DNA of 64,000 nucleotides, the filler included. It is 19 parts of 19 records of this genome, joined end to end, with 100 filler letters (N's around TTAATTAATTAA, not from the genome) between each part and the next. Parts side by side here need not be neighbours in the genome. Positions count along the whole stretch, not along the records: positions 38,023 to 44,227 come from SRR16133337_91526; positions 44,328 to 48,140 come from SRR16133337_91795; positions 48,241 to 51,011 come from SRR16133337_92071; positions 51,112 to 53,714 come from SRR16133337_92092; positions 53,815 to 55,816 come from SRR16133337_92174; 14 more parts are not named here. The stretch is one strand, 5' to 3'. Below the pieces are notes generated by a model. It saw only the letters and a program-made list of their open reading frames with translations. It had not been told where the DNA came from and did not search any database. This document shows positions 43,101 to 54,750 of this stretch, in pieces. Each line of letters starts with the position of its first letter. Within the stretch, counting starts at the first letter, position 1. Both the position numbers and the translations under genes were made by a program.

Positions 43101-44126
43101 ATGATAAAAAACGATTTATACCTAAGAGCTTTAAAAGCAGAAGTCGTGGAAAGACCTCCCGTTTGGATGATGCGTCAAGCAGGAAGATACCTTCCAGAAT
43201 TCATGAAGTTAAAAGCAAAATACGATTTTTTTACTCGTTGTCAAACACCAGAGTTAGCCGCTGAAATTACCGTACAGCCCATCCGTAGATATGGGATGGA
43301 CGCTGCGATTTTGTTTTCAGATATTTTAGTCATTCCACAAGCCATGAATATTGAGGTAGAAATGAAAGATGGAAAGGGACCTTGGCTACCAAATCCGATA
43401 CGTTCTATAATAGATGTTGACAAGGTAATTGTTCCAGAGATTGAGGAAACTTTAGGATATGTCATGGAGGCTATCAAATTAACCAAGCAAATGTTAGACG
43501 ATAACGTTCCGTTGATTGGTTTTGCAGGATCTCCTTGGACTATTTTATGTTATTGTATACAAGGACAAGGTTCTAAAAATTTTGACAAAGCCAAAGAATT
43601 TTGTTTTACGCAACCCTTTGCAGGACACACATTATTACAAAAAATTACGGATACGACTATTTTGTATTTGAAAGAAAAAGTAAAATCGGGTGTAAATGCA
43701 GTGCAAATTTTTGACTCTTGGGGAGGGATGTTATCTCCTGTAGATTATCAAGAATTTTCTTGGCAGTACATCCACCAAATTATTGAAGCATTAAAAGAGG
43801 AAACTCCAGTAGTTGTTTTTGGAAAAGGATGTTGGTTTGCATTAGAGGAAATGGCAAATAGCAATGCTGCTGCTTTAGGAGTAGATTGGACGATCACCCC
43901 TCAAATGGCACGTCAGTTTACAGGAAATAAAATTACTTTACAAGGAAACTTTGATCCAACACGTTTGTTCTCTCCACCAGCAACCATCAAAAAAATGGTA
44001 ACTGAAATGATTGATGATTTTGGAAAAGATAAATATATTGTGAATTTAGGGCATGGTATTTTACCAAATATAGGTTTGGACAATGCCAAGGCATTTGTGG
44101 ATGCCGTAAAAGAATACGGGGGTTAG
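43101..44126 (+). CDS. hemE: Uroporphyrinogen decarboxylase
   Basis: [59 protein letters not shown] at 43101. Confidence 0.97.
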   Translation: MIKNDLYLRALKAEVVERPPVWMMRQAGRYLPEFMKLKAKYDFFTRCQTPELAAEITVQPIRRYGMDAAILFSDILVIPQAMNIEVEMKDGKGPWLPNPIRSIIDVDKVIVPEIEETLGYVMEAIKLTKQMLDDNVPLIGFAGSPWTILCYCIQGQGSKNFDKAKEFCFTQPFAGHTLLQKITDTTILYLKEKVKSGVNAVQIFDSWGGMLSPVDYQEFSWQYIHQIIEALKEETPVVVFGKGCWFALEEMANSNAAALGVDWTITPQMARQFTGNKITLQGNFDPTRLFSPPATIKKMVTEMIDDFGKDKYIVNLGHGILPNIGLDNAKAFVDAVKEYGG

Positions 44127-44139
44127 GGTTTTGTAAGTT

Positions 44140-44188
44140 GGTATTTTGTATCTCGTATCTCGTATCTGGTATTTCGTGTCTTGTATAC
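44140..44188. repeat. Heptamer tandem array downstream of hemE, inverted relative to 43062-43096
   Basis: ggtattt-tgtatct-cgtatct-cgtatct-ggtattt-cgtgtct-tgtatac. Confidence 0.8.
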
Positions 44189-44219
44189 TCTGCCCGTTTA
44201 GAAATCCGAAAATTTTAGG
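44184..44219 (+). repeat. Copy of the dispersed ~36-bp intergenic repeat
   Basis: TATACTCTGCCCGTTTAGAAATCCGAAAATTTTAGG. Confidence 0.75.
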
Positions 44220-44327
44220 CTTGCTATNNNNNNNNNNNNNNNNNNNNNNNNNNNNNNNNNNNNNNNNNNNNTTAATTAATTAANNNNNNNNNNNNNNNNN
44301 NNNNNNNNNNNNNNNNNNNNNNNNNNN

Positions 44328-44350
44328 CCTACACGACGCTCTTCCGATCT
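44328..44350 (+). other. Untrimmed Illumina TruSeq adapter remnant
   Basis: CCTACACGACGCTCTTCCGATCT is the 3' end of the TruSeq Read 1 primer/universal adapter and sits exactly at the contig start. Confidence 0.97.
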
Positions 44351-47300
44351 TAATATAATCAAATATTTGTTTTTGCAAACGATTTGCTTTCGAAGAAAAT
44401 GCATTATCCAAGAGCTCTTGCTTCATTTCTTCTTGGGGGAAAGCGTTGCGAAGAGCTTCCAATTCAGTGACTTTTTTACTTCCTCGAAAAAGGGGCGGCA
44501 TGTCAACATCTTCTGGATCAACTGCCATGTCAAATAATACACCATGTAAAATTTCACGTAACTTTCTTTCAACATCGCGATCATTGTCAAAATCATCCAA
44601 GAAATCTACACTCATTTCGCTACGGAATTTTTCATATAGTTTTCCTGCATTTGCACCTGTGTAAACCAATGTTCCAAATAGTGTTCTCAACTGGCGAGGA
44701 GACGAATGCAATTCAACACATTCTGACATATACAACTCATGGCAATTTTTGCTTTCAATTAACCCAATTGCTTTTGCACAGTCTTCAAATGTAGAATGAA
44801 CTGTTCCTTCGTTGTCTGTTTTCAATTCGTCATAAGAACTTGCAGCTTTTGTTAAAAACAATTTCCGCAGGATGAATTTTTCAAAATCTCTCGTTGTTGC
44901 TGTTTTAATTCTGCATATTGCATCAAGGTTCTTTTTTTTCTTAAAAGACACCATAAGTTTGTTCACTGCATTGCGATTGACTTGAGCCATTCCAGTTCTA
45001 ATCGAGATGATTTTTGTTATATCAGTACGCAAGAGCGAGCGGTTAGTATCATCATTCTTCGTGGATACATAATTTTCGAAAAAAGAAAGATATGTCATAT
45101 TTTTAACTTCTATGTCGGAAACATCACGGCAAAGGTATTGTTCTTGCATTGTCAGTTTAAAACGAACCTCCATGCTATCATTGCCTGATGATACTCGCAC
45201 AACTTTGTGGGGCAAATGTAAGTCAAGTGTTTTTACGTTGGGTTTCGAAGTAACAATTCGGAAGTTCAAAACTCTGTATGCAGCCTCACATGATCCAGTG
45301 TAAATAGCATTAAGATAATGATTTATTTCATCAAAAGGCTCATTTTTGTCGCGAATAGTTTCTTTGATTTTAACATCTGGCTCGTGTTTCAAGACGTATT
45401 CAAGAACATAACCAATTACACGCGATGTTTTAACTACCATGGAATGTATATGTTGATTGAACATTACAACAGTAATATTATTGTTCTCAACAATTTGAGA
45501 ATCATGCAATGGATTTCTTCGACGGTATATTACTTTGCCTGTACGCGAAAAAGAAGTTTCTCGGATTGTACGTAAATGTGGAAACTTGTATTGGCATTTT
45601 TTGTCTGTTCCACCACATCTTTTAGAATGACGATGTGTCATTTTTCGTTTCACAACTTTTTGAACACGATCAAGATAGTTTTCAACAACTTCATTTATTT
45701 CAGGGATGGTTGTGTCTAAATGTTTGACATCGAGAAGAAACTTTAGTTGCGCAACTGCATGTTCCTTTGACGGAAGTTCAGCGGAGATATAACGATCAAT
45801 TGATTTGGGGTCATACAATTCTGCATCAGTCCAGAATAATATGTGAGCGTGTGGCATTCCGCGAGCTTGAAATTCAATTTTAATTATATATGCAATGACT
45901 TTACCATAAATTTTTTTCTCTACAACAAATTCCATGAATTTATCAAGATAACATTTAAAAATTCTTGATTGCCAGTCTGGATGCTCTGTTGCAACATGAG
46001 GTTTTTCAGGTTTGGGCCAACTTTTTACTTTCCCGGCAGATACACTTTCTTGCAAACCCTCATCTTTCGGAACGCAAAAAGTATGACCTTTTTCATCGGT
46101 TTTTTCACGCAGTGCAAGGCTTCGAAAATGAGCATCTGGGTCATTTAAAAAAGTTTTTAGTTCAGGTGTAGGGCCACCGGTAAATGTCACCATGAAAGTT
46201 GGGTTCCCCAGACGTGACGTTAGAGTTCGTGCATTCATTTTTTTCCGTGCCATGTACGCCCTAGAACCTGCAGTTTCAGCCGGAATGTAAAAACCACCCT
46301 CTGGGATTTTGTCAGAATTTCTCAAATTTTCAATTTCATTTGCTGACATGTTTAATTTTTGAAAGTGCAAATGAAGTTGTCTATTTCTTTCAAATTTCAA
46401 CGTATTTTCCATATGAATGTGATACATTTCCAAAAGCCATTGAGATTTCAATAACCCCAGATGTCTCAGAGCAGGATCTCTTGCCATTCTCAAACGAATA
46501 TATTGCTTCATAGAAAAATTTTTGCATATTGGCCTGTCAAAACCAAAAGTATCTGTTCCTTTGGGAAACATTAAAGTGTATGACAAAGCTTCAAACATAC
46601 TGGATGCATGATTAATTGTTACTTGCTTCAATGTGAATTTTTCTGAGTTTTCATCAGGACATTTTTCATCAGATTTTTGAATTTTCTGCAAAAAAATAAC
46701 GCGACCCCCGCTTGGCAAATCTAACTGAGCACGTTTCGGAATTGTCAAAACAACAGGGTCTTTCGTAGCTTTGGCTAGTGAAACGGTTGCTTGCAAAGCA
46801 TTGTTCTTGTACTCGACGAGATCGAAAATCTCAACAGCGTGCATTAGCATTTTCTTGACATGAATATTTGTTCTGCGGAGAAAAAGTTGAAGCATGTCCA
46901 AAGCTCTTTCATTCATTTTAAGTTGTTTTGCCTTCTCATTCAAAGCTCCTTCTATCAAGAAATGTGATATACCACTGTACTTTGTGTTTGTAATGTCTTT
47001 GCATACGACATGTGGAGTGGAATTTAAATGCAACCAGTTTTTGCCAGGAATAACAGAACAAAAATTTGACATTTTAAAACATAAGGACAAAACATTTTGG
47101 TATTTTCGTGAACAGAACCGAAACTCATCTGTTAATATAAAATCACGTAAAATATGGGGCAAACGATTTTCGTCTTGTAATATAGGAGGGAAAGCATTTG
47201 CAAGTTCTTTGTTTCCATGGCAACACACAGAATTTGTCTCTGGAAATAAGAGCAAAGCATTGCAATCAGAACAAATTTTATAAAGAGAATTAACTTTGTG

Positions 47301-47528
47301 AGAACCGTCAATTTTACTTTTCGATTGATTTCTTTGACTTCTCAATATTCCTTTCGAATTATCTGTTGTTTGGTCGATTCGTGTTATTATCTTTTGAATT
47401 CGTTTGACTTTTTTTTTAATATCGTGAGAATAGTTAATTTCATCGAAATCATCACTATCAAAAGAAGCATCGAGAACAAAATCAGAATTCTGAAAAGTTT
47501 TTCTCCGTTTGCGAGTTGATCTTCTCAT
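44351..47528 (-). mobile_element. Helitron Rep/Helicase ORF (Zn-finger plus HUH Rep domain; truncated before the PIF1 helicase); eukaryotic
   Basis: CSDCNALLLFPETNSVCCHG Zn motif; YTLMFPKG; Rep motif 1 PTFMVTFT; motif 2 IEFQARGMPHAHILFW; motif 3 YVLEYVLK; DEINHYLNAIYTGSCEAAYR; LDLHLP; SPRQLRTLF. Confidence 0.92.
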
Positions 47529-48241
47529 TTTTGAACAGTTTACGACAATTTCTGGTGTAAAAATTTCAATGTAAGCAATAATGTGAAGACAATTTCAAAT
47601 ATGTGAAATATTTCAGAGTTCTGATGAGTTCTGATGATCTTTTTTGACTTTTGATGATTTCTGATGATTTTTGATATTTTATGAGTAAAAACGTTTGGAA
47701 AATTGTGAATATGTATATATGAATGTTGATTTGAAGACCCCTAAAAATTAACAAAAAAATTAAAAAATACATTGTACTGTTCATCAATGAGTAAACACTT
47801 CTCGTACAATTCGAAAATTTGAAATATGTAAAATTGAAAAGGTCACGAAGTAAAAGAAATCATCTTTCAAAATTGGAAAATAAAAAATTTTTCATAAATT
47901 TTGATGAAAAATAGCATGAAACAAAATTTGTTTCAATTTTTTTAAAATGATAATTCACTATACAGTGTACATCAATGGATAAACCACTATCCATGAATAA
48001 ACACCTCTTTGAAAAAGTAAAAATTTAAGAAATCGGAAAATTCACCAAGTACACATCGAACACCCTTTCCCCGAAGATATATTTTTTTGTATATGTCACT
48101 ATGTGTTTCTTCATTTTTCATGAAAAACTAGGTGAAATTANNNNNNNNNNNNNNNNNNNNNNNNNNNNNNNNNNNNNNNNNNNNTTAATTAATTAANNNN
48201 NNNNNNNNNNNNNNNNNNNNNNNNNNNNNNNNNNNNNNNNT

Positions 48242-48805
48242 CATTTATTCTTTAATGGAAACGAATCCTTATACAAGGCCGAATACGATATGCCTACCAA
48301 TAAAAGATTAGGATTGTTATTGAATAAAACAGGTAACGTAGCACTGCATCATTATATATTTTATACAAATATACAAACTAAAGAGACATTTAGTCAAAGT
48401 TTTTGGACAGACAATATACTAATAAAGATGAATCCCATTGATTGGAAATTAACTCAAGAAACAAAAAAAATAGGGAAGTATACCTGTTATAAAGCAACAA
48501 CGGCAATCAATGAAGAGCAAACATATGGAAAGAATTTTATGAGTCCAATTATAGCCTGGTATACCCCTCAAATTCCCGTGCCTTTTGGAATTCAAAAATT
48601 TAACGGTTTGCCAGGTCTGACATTGGAATTAATTGTGGATATGGAAAATGGAAAAATTTTTTACAAAGCAACTAAAATAGAGTTAAATCTTAAAGAAAAA
48701 ATTGAAATTAAAAAATTAAAAGGGAAAGAGGTTTCAGAAAAGGAGTATGTTGCATTGATTAAAAATATGAATGGGAATAGGAGTAGGAGTAGGAGTAGGA
48801 AATGA
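48242..48805 (+). CDS. GLPGLI family protein (5' truncated)
   Basis: Frame open from the contig start (LFFNGNESLY); WKLTQETKKIGKYTCYKAT, AWYTPQIPVPFG, FNGLPGLTLEL. Confidence 0.9.
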   Translation, partial: HLFFNGNESLYKAEYDMPTNKRLGLLLNKTGNVALHHYIFYTNIQTKETFSQSFWTDNILIKMNPIDWKLTQETKKIGKYTCYKATTAINEEQTYGKNFMSPIIAWYTPQIPVPFGIQKFNGLPGLTLELIVDMENGKIFYKATKIELNLKEKIEIKKLKGKEVSEKEYVALIKNMNGNRSRSRSRK

Positions 48806-51011
48806 TAAGTTTATAAAAACGGTACTCGTTTTTATGATTTACTTTTTTTTTACGTTTGTTATAAAAGCACAAACCGTCACTTTGCGAGGTATTGTTAAGG
48901 ATCGCTTACAAAACCCTTTAGTTTATGTAAGTTTGATAGCAAAACCTATCGTTAAAAATAAATCTATGAAATTTGCAATTACAGATGTTAAAGGACAGTA
49001 TAAATTAGAGCTAGTTAAAGAGGTCTCTTACACCGTTTCTGTAAGCAGTTTGGGTTTTAAAACGATTCATTTTACATATATAGCTTTAACAAATTCTCAA
49101 AAAGATATTGTATTAAAGGAGGACATCAACCAACTAGATGCTGTAGTTATAGAACTGCCCATTATCGTAAAAAAAGACACCCTTATTTACAATACAGATA
49201 AATTTGTGACAGGAGAAGAGCGTAAACTAAAAGATGTCTTAAAAAAGTTGCCAGGAATTGAAGTAGATGAAAACGGTGATGTAACAAGTAATGGTAAAAA
49301 AATAAGTCATTTGTTGGTGGAAGACAAAAAGTTTTTTGGAGGCAATAGCAAATTGGCAGTAGAAAATATTCCCGCAAACTCTGTTGATAAAGTAGAGGTG
49401 ATTGATGATTATAATGAAGTAGCCTTTTTAAAAGGAATGAATAGATCAGAAAACATAGCGATGAATATAAAGCTGAAAGAAGGTAAAAAAAAATTTGTTT
49501 TTGGAGATGTTGAAGCAAGCAAAGGAAATAAAAACTACTATAAAACACAGGCCAATTTATTTTATTATCGTCTCAAATTCAACTTTAATTTTATTGGAGG
49601 AGTAAACAATACAGGAGAAAAAACATTTACATCCAGAGATTATGATAGTTTTATAGGAGAACCTTCTTCTGTATTTAGTCTAAGAGATTATAATATTGAA
49701 AAAAACACGATTTCTCAATATATAGAAACTTCAGAGGTGTTAAAAAGCAAAAATAAAATTGGAGCATTCAATTTTACGAGAACCCTAAGTGATCAAATAG
49801 AGGTTTCAAGTTATTTTATTTTTTCACACTCAAAAAATGAAGACTCTAAAGAAACAATTAATCAATACCTAGTACCAAATCTGGCTTATACAGAAAATGT
49901 AATAAGCAAAGGAGACCGTCAAAAGGTTTTGGGCATTGGGAAACTTAATTTAGGATTTGCTCCCAATAATAGAGAACAGTGGTATTTAAAAATGTCGATT
50001 AAAAAAACAGACAACCTAGATGACCGCTCCGTTTTATCAACAATAAATACGAATGAAGAGTCAATTATAAACTCAATAGATTTAGAGAACGTCTATGCAA
50101 GTGGAAATTTAGAATGGCATAAAAAAATATCCAAAAAACATGCTTTTTCTACCAGTTCTAATTTTATATATGATAAAAAGAATTCAGACGCATTTTGGAA
50201 AACAAATCAACCCATTTTAGACAACCTAATTCTTTTAAAACCTGCTGAGCTTTACAACTTACAACTGCTGAGACAGACGTACAAAAAGGATTTTAAGGTC
50301 ATTTTTAAACATTACTGGACGGTAAATAATTACAATCTTTTGCATACAATATTTGGTAATCAATACGGAAACTATCATTTTTATACAAATGACAGCCAAC
50401 TAGTAGATGATGAAACTACAAATGATTTTACTGCTAAGGAATTTGATAATGATTTCAATTTTAAATTAAATGATTTTTATATAGGGGTTCATTCTAATAT
50501 TAGAACCAGTAAATTTGAATTTAGACAAAGTGTGTTTATACATAATTATTCATGGAGTATAGATCAACCCCCTTTTTTAGAAAAAAATAAATGGGCGTTG
50601 CTACCCGATTTTCAGGTGATAATAGGATCTGGTTCTTCTGGAAGAATAAGACTCGATTACCGTTTAAAAAGTTCGTTTTCCGATATTTCAAAGCTCGCAA
50701 GCAGATATTATTTACAATCTTACAATTCGGTTTATGTAGGAAATGAGCAATTAGAAAACGAATTGTATCATTCCGCAAGTATTAATTATTCTAAGTCAGA
50801 TTTGTATAGAGGACTTTATTTGTTAGGTATAATTGATTATACTCATAAAATAAAAGGAATTATAAATTCGGTTTATACAGATGAACTAGATAATTATTTG
50901 ACTTCTATAATGGTAAATAAACCCTATGAAGATTTGATTGGAACTTTAATTGTAGACAAGAGATCAAGAATTTTTAGGTATCGTTTAAGAGTGAAATTAT
51001 CGACTTCAAAA
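48771..51011 (+). CDS. Outer-membrane beta-barrel receptor with carboxypeptidase-regulatory-like domain, GLPGLI-associated type (3' truncated; start uncertain)
   Basis: Signal peptide ...FVIKA|QT; KKDTLIYN, ERKLKDVLKKLPGIEVD, LVEDKKFFGG, NIPANSVDKVEVID, MNIKLKEGKK. Confidence 0.85.
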
Positions 51012-51555
51012 NNNNNNNNNNNNNNNNNNNNNNNNNNNNNNNNNNNNNNNNNNNNTTAATTAATTAANNNNNNNNNNNNNNNNNNNNNNNNNNNNNNNNN
51101 NNNNNNNNNNNTAAAAGTGGATTTCTAATTGAAGTCGAACTTGACCCAAGAACCGCGTAAGTGGATAAACACATCCAACATATTTAAATGTTGAACGGGA
51201 AAGTTGTTGTTTTTTGGAAAATGCACATATTCACGCGAAAATTGCACAGATTACCTAAATTGAAAACAATTATTTGCGGAATCAGTGAATACGTGTAAGA
51301 AATGTTAGAATTGTCACATTTTTTTATTTTTTGAACACGAAGACTAGATTACGGAACAAAAAAATATTTTTGAAAAAGTATGAAAATTGTTACTCAATAA
51401 GCGTAATTTCCCAATTGGATATATGAGAATGTAGTAGCCGCCCCTTCTCACAAAATTCCAAAAGGAGTGAACACGCAAAACAAAGTCATGAAACTGGCAT
51501 ACTAATACAAAAATATTCAAACATGAAGTGGTGATATTTATGTATTTTTGTGTTA

Positions 51556-52571
51556 GAAGGAGTCGCGACTCTTCAAATAATGACAACGAAAGTTCTTCTC
51601 GTACAGTTTTACTTCACATGACAACATTGATGTCCGCAAGTGCTCATATTTCATTTCTTGGTGTTGTGCCCTACGGAATATCAATTGACACACAAATAAA
51701 AGATACACTTGTAAGTACATTGATGCTGCTTTTAGAGATTGAGCTTGTACAAAGCACTTATCGTTAGAGGAAAAAAAATTATAGTCAGGGCAAAACAAAA
51801 ATCAGACTTATTTCCATCAAAAAAGAATTCAAATTACTTTCAAACATTGAGTCTTATACATGAGACTGGACAAATGGTGACCCAATGGCTAATATGAAGG
51901 GTTGCATAAAAAAGGCTACATGATGTCTTATATCTCAATGTTTTATACACAAGTTTGCATTTTGGGAGTCTCACCACGATACAAAAACATTTGACGCATC
52001 GCGCATGTATTTATTGTCTATAAAATCATAACAATGTTCACACGCACAAAATATTATGTTGTGTAATTCTTTTATCGCCATCACATACGAAGCAATTATA
52101 TGACGTTGGGTCTTACACACTAATGTCGGATATTGGGACCACAAAAATTCGCTTGTTTGTTTGTTTTTAAGAATTGTTGGTCCTTCATTAAAAATAGTTA
52201 TTTTGTATTTTGTTATTTAGTTGATCATTCGTCCAGATGTGTTTTCGTCCTTACACAATCTCTACAAACATTATAATGCAGCATATGAAGTCTACAAAGA
52301 TCAGGTAGAAATATTGATGTTATATGACCAAACTCTTCGCACCAATGATTTGAAAATTGTATAAAGTGTTCAACATTTTTTGACAAATCTTAATTATTTT
52401 TTATTTTGTTTTTAGAACACAACGGTGGATCTGAGCACAGCACGCCATTTTTTTGATGAATTGAAAAAGGACAAACAAAATTCGCTTCAACTTTCGCGGA
52501 TCAATTCAAAAACGACTCATCAAGGGAATGTTGGTGGAATGTTACATCATCGCACACATGAAAATCAAAAC
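51556..52571 (+). CDS. Probable exons of an unidentified eukaryotic gene
   Basis: Open segments bounded by ttag|...|gtaagt (~51556-51710) and tttag|...|gtatgt (~52417-52571); no recognised domain. Confidence 0.35.
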
Positions 52572-54089
52572 GTATGTACATCTCAAAATAATCAAAATAC
52601 AATTTTTGATACACTTTACAGAATTCGTTGGTTGAGTGCTTTATATCACCAAAGTACTGCCTCTCATGCTAAGCTGTTGTGCCAAAAGGGGAGGTGGGGG
52701 TGGGGGGGTGGGGGGAATGACGAGCATCAAAAACAAATTGTTTCTTCATCAGTTTAGCCACCGAAAAAGTTTTCAAATGAGTGGTAGCTTGGTTGAGAAC
52801 GAATGGTATTAAATATTTTTTTTGAGATTGAATTACAGGAACCTTCATTTGGTCAAGTGATTCTATGTAGAACTTCTTTCTACTTTTCAGGGTTTAGGGT
52901 TTTATGTTGAACTTGATTTGTTAGATACTACTGTACGGCATCACCTTTAAATTGAAACAACATCGAAACAGTTTTTTTTCTGAACATACTGTACTTTTCG
53001 TCGTTTTACTTTTCGTATTCTTTTTTTAGTGGTGTGTTGGACGGAAATTTTGGTTTACATGTGAAAATTGTGTTCCGCAGATTTTTCGGCTATTGTTTGA
53101 CCTGTAAATCTGCTCCAAGGAACAGCCACACACCTATTGATAAGTATATTTCTAATCGAAAATGGTGACTTATCCCAACGATGAGAACTTTATATAACGC
53201 ATTTCAGCCGCCAAACTTCTAAACGAAACTGCACTCAACACTTTAAATTCATTAATTTAGTAAATGGTATTTTTTATTTTTAGGATTTCGATTTGCGTGC
53301 ACGAGGAGAAGCTGAAAGATTTGATGGTGGAGGAAGAAGTGGTGACGGTGAGCGTGATATTTCTGGCGGTGGTAGTGGCAATGGTGCTGTTGCAGTTGTC
53401 CCGAGAAATTTTCAAATTTTGATTTTGAATACCCACGCAGTGCTACTGCTCGAACATCATTACAATCATATGCAAACAGTCGGTGAGTGTAATAACAACA
53501 TAACACTCAATCATATGCAAACAGCGATATACTATTTAACAACTGAATTTTAGTTGGAAAAGTAATTTTTGAAACATTTGAGATGGGTGACACACTAAGT
53601 ATTGTAACGAAAATCGAAAGCAATTTGAAACGTATCAGTAAGATGTATACAACAAGTGTTAGAAATGTTTTTATGTCAGCGGAAAAATAAAGAATTGGGT
53701 TTTCGCTGTTTTTCNNNNNNNNNNNNNNNNNNNNNNNNNNNNNNNNNNNNNNNNNNNNTTAATTAATTAANNNNNNNNNNNNNNNNNNNNNNNNNNNNNN
53801 NNNNNNNNNNNNNNGTTTATTCATTGATATACCGTGTACCAAAAGGTTCGTGTACGACCTCGCCCATCTACTACAATAGAAAATTCTCATTTTCTTGAAC
53901 CGCGGGCAACACACTTCCTTCCCAAGGTCAACAAAGACCTCACACTTTTCCTCTCGTTTTAAAATTCCCCAAAATATCTGGCTGGTAGAATAATGTTTAT
54001 TTAATTGAAAGTATTATTTGCCTAAAATACAAAAACGCAACCATTTCTCAGAGCGTTTTATTAGTTTAAGTTTCAATTGACGAACTAAC

Positions 54090-54750
54090 CTTTCCGTCAA
54101 GTTCACGATCCTCAGTGATTCTTAGCCAATGTTCTTCTCCTTCTGGAGGCCAGCATTTCTCAAAACAAACAGAGCCATCGTCGGCGTATCTTACAAAGAA
54201 TTGTGCTAAAATACAAAAGTACAAAAAATAGATACAAATTTTTTTATTTCTTGATCGACAAGGAAAGGGTTTGTTATTCGTAACATCTAGTCCACAAAAT
54301 ACAAAATTATAAAACCCCAAATCGCAGTAATTTGAAAATTGTTGTTTGGGATGACAGTGGTTTCCATTGGCTCTTATCTGGGGGTGTACATATTCATTTT
54401 GAGAAAAAATTCAAAACTCTTTTCGGATCGTATACTTGGATATTTCAATTTTATCGAATTCGATCTCAAATACAAATCAGCGAATTGTGTCAACATTTGA
54501 ATGAAATGCGATTTTTTTACAAGTCAAAGACAACAATCAAATCCAAAATTTTTTTCAGTGTTGCACAGTGACCGTACTGAGGGAAACACGAACGGTTGTT
54601 TATGTTATTTTTTTCAAAATTTGTTTACTTACTCCAATTCTTGAGGCCACCTTTTCCCATAACATCGCCATCATCAGAGACTTGAACATTTTGTCCGCTA
54701 GCGACGGATTTCAAGACAACCACGCAACCATCATAGTAAGGAAATCCTTT
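54090..54750 (-). CDS. Two eukaryotic exons (54750-54633, 54205-54090) of a beta-trefoil/fascin-like repeat protein
   Basis: Phase-compatible GT-AG splice gives KGFPYYDGCVVVLKSVASGQNVQVSDDGDVMGKGGLKNWTQFFVRYADDGSVCFEK...WLRITEDRELDGK; fold call is from pattern only. Confidence 0.5.

Noticed and set aside
44351-47528. Horizontal transfer of a Helitron (or myosin, XDH) into a flavobacterium
   Set aside because: No contig contains both eukaryotic and bacterial genes, and the spliceosomal introns are retained; co-binning is the simpler explanation.
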